From assembly GCA_031400715.1 (NCBI GenBank), contig JANNQK010000264.1:4094-68093 (forward strand): DNA of 64,000 nt, in the 5' to 3' direction. The notes under the pieces are model-generated. The model was not told where the DNA came from. It worked only from the letters and a program-made list of their open reading frames with translations, and searched no databases. The DNA is from Actinomycetes bacterium. Lineage in GTDB: Bacteria > Actinomycetota > Acidimicrobiia > Acidimicrobiales > Ilumatobacteraceae. The position numbers and the translations under genes are program-made. Below are positions 19,301 through 26,350 of this stretch, piece by piece. How positions within the stretch are numbered: position 1 is the stretch's first letter; the number at the start of each line of letters is the position of its first letter.

Positions 19301-19577
19301 CCCCACCGGCGTTCTCGATCGACAACCCGCGATCGAGCGACTTCCGGATGGTGCTCAGCTGGGTCTTCAGACTCCCCCGCGAGCGAGCGGTGTCTTCGCC
19401 CCACAGGCTGTGCAGGATCGTGTGCATCGGCACGACCGCTCCCGCAGCCGCAGCCACGATCGCGAGCAAGTCACGTCGTTGGCTGCTGAGCGTCACCTCG
19501 AGGCCGGACGAGTCGCGGACTGCCACGTCGCCGAGCACGGTGATGGCCGGGCGGACGAGACCGTGGCCGTCGATCAT
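16311..19577 (-). CDS. Large SARP/AfsR-type regulator (wHTH + BTAD + P-loop NTPase + helical repeats)
   Basis: The N-terminus is an OmpR/SARP-type DNA-binding plus BTAD region (LLDSTRFEQLVAGA...ALALAEWRGPL). Walker A is LLMGDPGVGKT. The C-terminus is a long helical, TPR-like region. Confidence 0.75.
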   Translation of the reverse strand: MIDGHGLVRPAITVLGDVAVRDSSGLEVTLSSQRRDLLAIVAAAAGAVVPMHTILHSLWGEDTARSRGSLKTQLSTIRKSLDRGLSIENAGGGYRLRGPLDLLDSTRFEQLVAGARDLPPADAARQYALALAEWRGPLPFANVDNALVDPTSWRLLALRDEVVLELADAELASRTGSSSVALVEQMFADDPSRGDVAMRLARLYALATRQVEAVRVIRTHSEAIADIGAVIAPEVAELESQILRHEIGAPIALSAIDRLSASSLTAARLPRTAWVDRVVDTLDTEPVLLMGDPGVGKTILTRLIGQRLIDKNIPVVRTAALADPFRPMQAIATIIEALSEVVPHSTSRALRSKRLVNAATRVMGGPATASLPPTTRDDLLADLTDLIDMALSGTGAVLIVEDAQWLDAISAEIVSSLVRRRGLHLLLTSRSPTHPTIDDAIGDAMAVVPPFDIDEVGELLRQTLPLRATENLAAILHHQTGGNPLFLGLLLDVLGRGEMGTEVPLTLQEAVAERTAGLARTTRELLQLAALLGQSFPLPPLRLLRRRTGEQLASAEDDGLIQLEYASSTTAATADASVQAADHGPHSGRFVHGLVADALAAMVPLGSRVSWHDELCRALQTCTASSVAIAPQAIAAADLDPIRAARSCCDAAQDVAALFDWDSAIDWARQGLSVVSRFNMTGQLVEAELRCLLGTSLRRTNRPESDLELLRAAELASEYEADELLVRTVTELCLHGFTTHVGSVDERARRHLEYALSLELPDHARAELLSAAATLLASSPDSPLGRSLYLEARDIALRSENEHLIRSVMMNSHLGLAHPDDLPLRWHAAEQLAGLADVEAHWEAAWVRFGLGLVTADRELVDSSIERLRVITPEVRRRTRDRGLLHAEAAHAFVRGDLEVAERLALEGLDASLASYPETWSISIFAALMIPVRETQGRLGELWDLVDERSRAQPEFTSWLALKCAVADSRDDHREVRELIDVLSERKLDLVEDTTWTAIASMICTPIWHAADTDLAEMLYERLLPYAGQMTWNGVSTHGPVDGGLALLAATMGDRSRAHSHLGIARQLVTKLDAPHLWRPVLDDLLRA

Positions 19578-19779
19578 CGCCGCCCACCGTCCACGCGTCC
19601 CATGCGAACGATGCTACGCAGCGTGGCACGGCCTTCGGTATCGCCACATGCGGCCGCGCCGTGGTCGGAGCACTCGTTCTTCGAGCGTTCATCTGCGTGT
19701 CACCGAAGCGATGAAACGGGGAGCGCCAGCCGGACGCGATGAGCCGGGTGGCCCATTGCCCCCGTGCGGGTCGCCGGTG

Positions 19780-21138
19780 ATGATCGCAGGCATGGATCTT
19801 CCGCGGGCGATCGTGCCACCGGATGCAGTGGCGTGCGATGGCACAGCTCCGACAAGCGCGCTCCGACTCGACGGCGATCTGCGGTTGGACGGCGCCTGGG
19901 TGCTCGATCGGTATCTCGATCCGATCACCGGCGTGTCGGCCATCGGTGAACTGCTCGATCGGTCGTGGGGTCGACCCATGGGCCTGGCGACGGCGACGCT
20001 CGGCGTTCGCATGGCCGAGCTCTTGGCCACGCGCAGATGGCCGGACGACCTGGTGGTGGTCGCGGTGCCATCGGCGCGTGAGTCGGCCGGTGTGCTGGCG
20101 CGGGTGGTCGGCCATGTCCTTGAGCGTGAGGTGCACCCTGCACTCGTGTCGCGTCGCTGGCGGGCAGGCGCGTCGTCGACGCGACGATTCGCGGTCAGAT
20201 CACGGCAGGTGAGCGACCACGTGCTGCTGGTCGACGACGTGGTGCGCACCGGTGACACGCTCGCCGCGTGCGCAGAGCTGCTGCGCGCCCGAGGCGCCGT
20301 GGGTGTCTGGGCGGTTGCAGCAGCAGTCGAGCCGGTGCAGGGATCACACCGAGTGGTGCCGGTCCGGCTTCTCGTCGCCACCGGGCGTCGGTCGACGGCG
20401 ATCCGACCCGACGTGAATGCGCTGGTTCCGGTGACCTTCGACGGTCGGTTGCTGGTGACCTCACCGGAGGACGGATCTCACGCGGACACCGCAGGGTCGA
20501 CGCCTCCATCACCGCTGATCATTCCCGGCCCGGACGTGACGTTGTACGACCGGGAGCTGGACGACCGGGAGCTGGACGACCAGGAGTTCGACGACGGGGT
20601 CTCCGCTGACGAGGGGCTGGCCGACGAGGGGCTGGCCGACGAGGAGTTGATGGACGCAGTGGCCGCAGCTTTCGAGGCGGTAGCCGGACTGGAAGCGCTG
20701 CGATCCATCGTGAGCCAGCACTCCGCCGACGAGACCCTCTCGATCGACGACCTGCTGTCCGAACTGCTGCGTGGCGCGGCGCACTCAGGGGGCGTCGACC
20801 ATGATCTGGTGCAGCCGGCAGCGGACCGAGCCGATGCGCCGGTCGAGGACGATGATCCCGTCGAAGACCATGATCCCGTCGTGGACGATGATCCGGTCGA
20901 CGACGTTGGGTCGGTCGAGGACGAAGTCGCCGAACAAGCTGGTCCGGTCGCAGATCATGATCCGGCCGAGGACGACGCGCCTGCGGCCGAACCCGACACT
21001 CGCTACGAGGTGGATCGGTCCGCAGGGGCGGGTGTCGACCCGACGACGGAACCGTCGGGCGAACGAGGAGGCAGACCGGTCGGTGGCTGGCGCGGCAAAC
21101 GCCGTCGTCAGAAGCCGAAGCCGTCGAGTATGCGGTAG
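19780..21138 (+). CDS. ComF/GntX-like phosphoribosyltransferase-fold protein with a long acidic repeat tail
   Basis: PRPP-loop-like HVLLVDDVVRTGDTLAACAELLRARGA. There is no N-terminal Cys4 zinc finger. The C-terminal ~200 aa is Asp/Glu-rich with tandem DRELD and DEGLA units. The start was moved to ATG 19780 to avoid overlapping the SARP gene. Confidence 0.6.
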   Translation: MIAGMDLPRAIVPPDAVACDGTAPTSALRLDGDLRLDGAWVLDRYLDPITGVSAIGELLDRSWGRPMGLATATLGVRMAELLATRRWPDDLVVVAVPSARESAGVLARVVGHVLEREVHPALVSRRWRAGASSTRRFAVRSRQVSDHVLLVDDVVRTGDTLAACAELLRARGAVGVWAVAAAVEPVQGSHRVVPVRLLVATGRRSTAIRPDVNALVPVTFDGRLLVTSPEDGSHADTAGSTPPSPLIIPGPDVTLYDRELDDRELDDQEFDDGVSADEGLADEGLADEELMDAVAAAFEAVAGLEALRSIVSQHSADETLSIDDLLSELLRGAAHSGGVDHDLVQPAADRADAPVEDDDPVEDHDPVVDDDPVDDVGSVEDEVAEQAGPVADHDPAEDDAPAAEPDTRYEVDRSAGAGVDPTTEPSGERGGRPVGGWRGKRRRQKPKPSSMR

Positions 21139-22883
21139 TCGTAGCCCTGCTCCGCCAGGAACCGCTGCCGGTTCGAGGCGAAGGTCTGATCGACGGTGTC
21201 GCGGGTGACGATGGTGTAGAAGTTGGCTTGGCCACCATCGTGCTTGGGTCGCATGATCCGGCCGAGGCGCTGGGCCTCCTCCTGGCGGCTGCCGAACGTA
21301 CCGCTCACCTGGATGGCGACGTTCGCCTCGGGCAGGTCGATCGAGAAGTTCGCCACCTTCGACACCACGAGCACCTTGGTCTCGCCCGTGCGAAAGCTCT
21401 CGAAGCGCGCTTCGCGGAGCTTCTGTGGTGTCTGCCCCGTGATCAGCGGTGCGTCGAGTTCGGCGGCGATCGTCTTCAACTGGTCGACGAACTGGCCGAT
21501 CACCAGCACCCGGTCGCCCTCGTGCCGAGCGACGAGCTCGCGCACCACCTGGGCCTTGCGCGGCGTGCATGCTGCCAGCCGGTATCGCTGTTGAGGGTCG
21601 GCGAGGGCGTACTCCATCCGCGCATCGTCGTGGAGGCCGACGCGGATCTCGGTGCAGATGGCCGGGGCGATCCACCCGTGCAGCTCGAGCTCTTTCCACG
21701 GAACGTCGAACCGCTTCGGACCGATGAGGCCGAACACGTCGGCCTCCTTGCCGTCTTCGCGCACCAAGGTTGCGGTGAGGCCGAGGCGCCGCACGGCCTG
21801 GATGCGCGCCGTGGCACGGAACACCGGCGCCGGGAGAAGGTGCACCTCGTCGTAGATGATGAGGCCCCATTCGGTGCGATCGAACAAGCCGAGATGGGGA
21901 TACAGCGAGTGCAGCACGTCGCTGCCGGCATCGTCGGGGACGGCCGGGTCGGGTGACGTCATCGCCGGGTCGGCGACCACAGCGAACTCGCCGGCGAGAT
22001 CGTCGCCGGCATGGCCGCGCTTCTTCTTGCGGACCGGAGACCAGGTGAGCACCTGATACGTGGCGACCGTGACGGGACGGATGTCCTTCCGGTCGCCCGA
22101 GTACTCGCCCACCTGATCGGCGGTGAGCGATGTCTTGTCGAGGATCTCGCGGATCCATTGCCGAGCCGACGTGATGTTGGTGGCGATGATGAGCGTGTGG
22201 GTTCCGGCCGCGGCCATGGCGGCGAGACCGATGACGGTCTTTCCTGCACCGCACGGCAACACGAGCACGCCGTTGCCGGCGGCGTCGACGCCGTCTTGCC
22301 ACCAGGCGCTCACCGCATCGGCCTGGTACCCGCGGAGTTCGCACGTGAGCTGCGCGTCGGCGAGCACGCTGCCCTCGGTGTAGCCGGCCTCGTCGGCCAC
22401 TGGCCAACCGAGTTGGAGCAAGGCCTGCTTGAGCGCGCCACGATCGCCGAGTCGGACTGCGAAGCGGTTGCCGTCGAGTCGCTCGCCGAGCATCTGGCTG
22501 ACGTGCTTGTCGCGCGCCACTTCGACCAGCAGGGGTACCTCGTGGCTCACGAGAGCGAGACCGCCCGTGTCGAAGTCGCGCACCAGACGCAAGCGGCCGT
22601 AGCGGCCCATCTGGTCGTGCACCTCGGCGAGGACCCCACTGGGGACCGGATACTTCGCCAGGTCGTTCAGGGTGGACGCGACCTCGCCCGCATGCATCCC
22701 GGCCACCGCAGCGTTCCACAGCGACAGCGGGGTGATGCGATACGTGTGGATGTGCTCAGGTGCCTTTTCGAGCTCGCTGAAGCGTTGCAGCGCGGCACGC
22801 GCATCGGCGGCGCGAGGGCTGGCCAACTCGAGCATCACCGTGAGATCGCTCTGCACGATGAGCGGGTTGGTCGGATCGGTCAC
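21108..22883 (-). CDS. ercc3: XPB/Ercc3-type SF2 DNA helicase
   Basis: The N-terminus is MTDPTNPLIVQSDLTVMLE...HIHTYRITPLSLWNA. Helicase motifs present: LPCGAGKT, IYDEVH, GLTAT, and FGSRQEEAQRLGRIMRP at the C-terminus. This matches the actinobacterial XPB (Rv0861c-like). Confidence 0.85.
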   Translation of the reverse strand: MTDPTNPLIVQSDLTVMLELASPRAADARAALQRFSELEKAPEHIHTYRITPLSLWNAAVAGMHAGEVASTLNDLAKYPVPSGVLAEVHDQMGRYGRLRLVRDFDTGGLALVSHEVPLLVEVARDKHVSQMLGERLDGNRFAVRLGDRGALKQALLQLGWPVADEAGYTEGSVLADAQLTCELRGYQADAVSAWWQDGVDAAGNGVLVLPCGAGKTVIGLAAMAAAGTHTLIIATNITSARQWIREILDKTSLTADQVGEYSGDRKDIRPVTVATYQVLTWSPVRKKKRGHAGDDLAGEFAVVADPAMTSPDPAVPDDAGSDVLHSLYPHLGLFDRTEWGLIIYDEVHLLPAPVFRATARIQAVRRLGLTATLVREDGKEADVFGLIGPKRFDVPWKELELHGWIAPAICTEIRVGLHDDARMEYALADPQQRYRLAACTPRKAQVVRELVARHEGDRVLVIGQFVDQLKTIAAELDAPLITGQTPQKLREARFESFRTGETKVLVVSKVANFSIDLPEANVAIQVSGTFGSRQEEAQRLGRIMRPKHDGGQANFYTIVTRDTVDQTFASNRQRFLAEQGYDYRILDGFGF

Positions 22884-24988
22884 CAGTCCTCCATGAGGGC
22901 TTCGAGCTGGGCGACCTGCGGATGGAGCACCTCGGGCACGCTACGGGCCTTCGGTCGAGGTTGCACCCGACTGATCTGGTCACCTGCGGGAGCGGGCTCT
23001 TCGGTGCTGCTGGGAGCGAGCCCCGCCTTGCGCAGGGCCGACATCACCTTGTCGAGCGCGAGGTCGCTGACCGCAACGGTGGGAGCGATGAGGGTGAGTC
23101 GCGCCGAGCGCACCTTCACCGCGGCAGCCAGGCCGAGCACATCGTCCGCGGTGACGACCGTGGCCGCCGTGCGTGCGCTGAGACCGCCGCGCTGGCGCTC
23201 GACGTCGACGAGCATCTGTGCCACCACGGGCGCGATCGGCACCGACGAGTTGTCGGTCAGGAAGTCGAGGACGGACCGAGCGGTCTCTCCGGCGGCCATC
23301 TCGGTGGCGATGCGGGTGCGGTCGAGACGCAAGACGGCGACGCTTCCCTTCGATTCGGCGGTGCACAATCGGTCGAGCCGGGCGCGCACGGCAGGGTCGA
23401 GGGCGGGTGGCGCGATGACCGAGAAGTCGGCCTGCACCACGAAGGTGAGGTCTTGCGCAGGGAGCAGGTCGTGCAGCGAGGCGGGCTCGGTGAGCACCGT
23501 GCGTGCGAGCGCCCCCAGGCCCACAGGTCCGTTCGCAGGGCACAGGCCAAGGGTGATCAGATGCGCACGAAGGTGGTCGAGGTCGACTCGCTCGGCCAGG
23601 AGATGGTTGGCGCGGACCCACGGGACCAGATCGTCGTGCGGCACACCATGGCCATCGGCGAGCGCGAGCAGATCAGCGACGACCTGACGTCGGAGCACCG
23701 ACTCGAGCGATCGGCTCTCACCTGGCGCGTCGAGGCCTTCGAGCCAGGCGTCGACGAGCTGGACCCATTGGTCGGCGATGCCGAGGCGACGCCACTCGCT
23801 GGTGCGTTCGGCACTCACTTCGTACCGGTGGATCCACATCGCGTTGCGTCCGCGGCCGACGAACTCGCTCATCTGGGTGATGAGCCCGAGCCCGAGGGCG
23901 AGGTGGACCAGCGGTCCGACGTGATCGACCGGCCATCCCATCCTCTTGGCGATGTCGCGGAGCGCCTTCACTCCGATGCCGCCGGTCTTGAGGCCCGGGA
24001 TCGGTTCGGCTGCGACCTGGCGGATCAGGGTCTGCAACGTGCTGAGGGCATCGGGATGCATCGGCGCATGGTGGTCGAGCGGCTTGAGCGTGGTGACGGG
24101 CGCGGCCGGCCACTGGGCAAAGGTTCGGCCGTTGACGGCCGTGAGGGTTTCGAGCCAGAGGCCGACGTGGCGCATCTCGCGTTCGACCCACACCAGACCG
24201 ATGTCGATGAGGTGTTGGAGTGCGGCCGATTGGGGTGTGAGCTGGGGGCGAGCGCTGACCGGCCGTTGATCGACCGGGCTGTAGAGGCGGAGTTGCCACC
24301 AGTTGTTGGTGAGCCGGTCGCCGGCGATGCCGCGACCTCCGGCGGCCACGAGCCGGTCGAACATCTCTCGCTCGGGTTGCTGGAAGCTGTCGACGAGCCG
24401 CTCGAGCCGCGTGGCCGTCCCGATGATGTCGCGGAGCGCGTCGATGCGCTGCATCTTGCCGCTCGGGATCTGCTCGAGCCCGAGGTTCTCGAGGTAGTGA
24501 CCGAGATGTTGCTTGGTGATGGTCTGATCGAGCACCATCCGGTCGATCGGCCGGCCCGGTCGGGCGATCATGTCGGCCACCCCTGCCCGAAGCCGCAGTG
24601 CTGCCTCGGGTGTGTGTTCCTCGAGCAGGAACCGGTCGACGAGGGCGGCGACCATCCGATGTCGATCCGGAAGCGCATCGGGGCCGAGCTCCTGGGCGAG
24701 ATCGTGCGCTGCAATCGCGCCTCCACGGCTTGCCAACACCACCAGGAGTTGCGCAGAGGCTGCGTCGAGCAGTTCGATCGTGAGCCGGAGCACATGTGGG
24801 TTGGCGAGCGCACCGGCCAACTGCTTGCGACCAGGGGCGCGGGTGCTTGCGCCGAGCCACACCCGGAGCGGGCCGGTACCGACGCACCACGCAGCCAGGT
24901 GGGGCTGCAGGGCGATGCGTCGGGCGAGCTCGTTGCCCTCGAGCTCGCTGAGCGCCGCCGCGCGGTCGGCCACGACTTCGTCGATCAT
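22880..24988 (-). CDS. XPB-associated conserved protein (Rv0862c-like, helicase-associated)
   Basis: Its stop overlaps the XPB start (GTGA), so the two are probably translationally coupled. This gene order is conserved upstream of actinobacterial ercc3. The internal ATG at 24988 was chosen as the start. Confidence 0.55.
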   Translation of the reverse strand: MIDEVVADRAAALSELEGNELARRIALQPHLAAWCVGTGPLRVWLGASTRAPGRKQLAGALANPHVLRLTIELLDAASAQLLVVLASRGGAIAAHDLAQELGPDALPDRHRMVAALVDRFLLEEHTPEAALRLRAGVADMIARPGRPIDRMVLDQTITKQHLGHYLENLGLEQIPSGKMQRIDALRDIIGTATRLERLVDSFQQPEREMFDRLVAAGGRGIAGDRLTNNWWQLRLYSPVDQRPVSARPQLTPQSAALQHLIDIGLVWVEREMRHVGLWLETLTAVNGRTFAQWPAAPVTTLKPLDHHAPMHPDALSTLQTLIRQVAAEPIPGLKTGGIGVKALRDIAKRMGWPVDHVGPLVHLALGLGLITQMSEFVGRGRNAMWIHRYEVSAERTSEWRRLGIADQWVQLVDAWLEGLDAPGESRSLESVLRRQVVADLLALADGHGVPHDDLVPWVRANHLLAERVDLDHLRAHLITLGLCPANGPVGLGALARTVLTEPASLHDLLPAQDLTFVVQADFSVIAPPALDPAVRARLDRLCTAESKGSVAVLRLDRTRIATEMAAGETARSVLDFLTDNSSVPIAPVVAQMLVDVERQRGGLSARTAATVVTADDVLGLAAAVKVRSARLTLIAPTVAVSDLALDKVMSALRKAGLAPSSTEEPAPAGDQISRVQPRPKARSVPEVLHPQVAQLEALMEDW

Positions 24989-25122
24989 GAGCGGGAACCT
25001 ATCGCCGGGGTGCGATGAGCCGACCGGCCCATTGCCGCAGAGCGTCGACCGTGTTGAGCTGATGTTGACGGTTCGACCATCTCGGTGCGGGTCGTCGACG
25101 ACACGAATGGAGCCGGGCGGCC

Positions 25123-25671
25123 ATGACACAACACCTGATCTCGCCCCCTGTGATGAACATCAGCGGGGTAGCCGGGCTCGACACGTGCTGGGCCCTCGAC
25201 CGGTTCTCCCACCCCCTGCTCGGCCTCACCAGAGCCGGTCTCCTGCTCGGCCGCGCCAAAGTGGGCGGGCTCGGCCCCGCATGCGCCGAGTTGGCGGAGC
25301 GCATGGGCGATGTCGCGAGCCGGCAGCTGCTGCCCGATGACCTCGTGGTCGCTGCGGTGCCGTCGGCGTCGACGCTCAGCCAGCAGATGGCCGTCTGCGT
25401 GGCCGCAGCGATCGAGCGTCCGTTGGAACCGTTGCTGGGTGTGCGCGGCGGTGTGTTCGGCAGGCTCGACGGCTCGGTCCGTGACCGAATCAAAGCCAAG
25501 GTTCGCACGGCACCCGCACACGTGCTCTTGATCGACGATTCGGTTCGTTCGGGTGAGACGTTGAAAGCCTGTGCCGCGATGTTGCGTCAGCGAGGCTCCG
25601 CCCGCGTCTGGGCCGTGGTCGCCGTCGCCATCCTCGACGCGGGCGACCGCGATCCGATCGCGAGCTGGTGA
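25123..25671 (+). CDS. ComF/GntX-like phosphoribosyltransferase-fold protein (short paralog of 19780..21138)
   Basis: HVLLIDDSVRSGETLKACAAMLRQRGSARVWAVVAVAI and DDLVVAAVPSA parallel HVLLVDDVVRTGDTLAACAELLRARGAVGVWAVAAAV and DDLVVVAVPSA in the longer copy. Confidence 0.6.
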   Translation: MTQHLISPPVMNISGVAGLDTCWALDRFSHPLLGLTRAGLLLGRAKVGGLGPACAELAERMGDVASRQLLPDDLVVAAVPSASTLSQQMAVCVAAAIERPLEPLLGVRGGVFGRLDGSVRDRIKAKVRTAPAHVLLIDDSVRSGETLKACAAMLRQRGSARVWAVVAVAILDAGDRDPIASW

Positions 25672-25775
25672 CCGGCGTCCGACCGCTCAGACGAGGATCT
25701 TGATCGGGCGGCCCTCGAAGACCCGCGTCCTCCTCACGCGCCGGTCATGCCCGCGGCATCGTGACGCCGGTGCCG

Positions 25776-26261
25776 TCACACAGAGTGCAGCGGGCGTGGA
25801 CTGGTCGCACGTTCGCGAATGAGCTCGACCGAGGCTGTTCCGTAGATCACCGGGCGCTCCACGAGCCACGCGGAGAAGCGGCGGCGGTGCAACACCGGCA
25901 CCTCGTCGACGCGGGCGAAGAAGCGGTCGTCGTCATCTTCGAGCAGCACCACGGCCATGCACGCGAGATCTCGGTTGCACAGCGTGCTGAGCAGCTGGGA
26001 GACGAGATCGGCGGTCGCCTGAGCGGCAGACGGACTGCGGCGTCGCTCGACTCCGCCCCAGGGACCCTGGCGGCCGGTGTCGGCACGGATGACGGAAGCG
26101 GCACGGGTGACCACCACGTAGAGACCGCCTGGGCCCACCACGATCCGACGGTCGACACCGACGACGTCCACCTCATGCCACCCGAAGGGCAGGCCGTCAG
26201 CGCTCGAGTCATCGAGCAGGTGGTCGGCCACAGGGTCGGAGGGCCGCAGCGGGTTCGTCAT
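25776..26261 (-). CDS. NERD-like domain protein (paralog A)
   Basis: LPFGWHEVDVVGVDRRIVVGPGGLYVVVTR resembles the NERD core (IDH.viGp.GvfviD.K), but the Lys position is Arg. It is a paralog of 29119..29616. Confidence 0.5.
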   Translation of the reverse strand: MTNPLRPSDPVADHLLDDSSADGLPFGWHEVDVVGVDRRIVVGPGGLYVVVTRAASVIRADTGRQGPWGGVERRRSPSAAQATADLVSQLLSTLCNRDLACMAVVLLEDDDDRFFARVDEVPVLHRRRFSAWLVERPVIYGTASVELIRERATSPRPLHSV

Positions 26262-26269
26262 GGTGGTGT

Positions 26270-26304
26270 CATCGGTTCGTCAAGGCTTCGTCTGGAGCGA
26301 AACC
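26270..26304 (-). promoter_or_regulatory. Conserved 35-nt leader, copy A, 5' of NERD-like A
   Basis: 32/35 identical, ungapped, to 29614-29648. In gene orientation it reads GGTTTCGCTCCAGACGAAGCCTTGACGAACCGATG and contains a TTCG-CTCCAGA-CGAA hairpin. Confidence 0.6.
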
Positions 26305-26350
26305 TTGCCGCGACCCGCAGAGGCCCTGCCTGCGGGTGCGAGTGCATGGT

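Noticed and set aside
19348-19779. The upstream extension of the ComF-like ORF (the track start at 19348), which would overlap the SARP regulator start by 230 nt.
   Set aside because: The extension is antisense to the well-supported SARP N-terminus and is Ser/Arg/Pro-rich. The PRTase homology with the paralog at 25123 begins only after ATG 19780.
20785-25018. Very long alternative ORFs overlapping the XPB operon (20785..22719 minus, 22011..23687 plus, 22922..25018 plus).
   Set aside because: They are shadow ORFs opposite to or out of frame with genes that carry canonical helicase motifs. Their composition is Arg/Gly/His-dominated.
26281-26290. Reading the CTTGAC inside the conserved A/B leader as a -35 promoter hexamer.
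   Set aside because: It lies only ~7 nt upstream of the conserved ATG. No TANNNT-type -10 is found at 16-19 nt spacing in either copy. A promoter reading would force the start codons far downstream.
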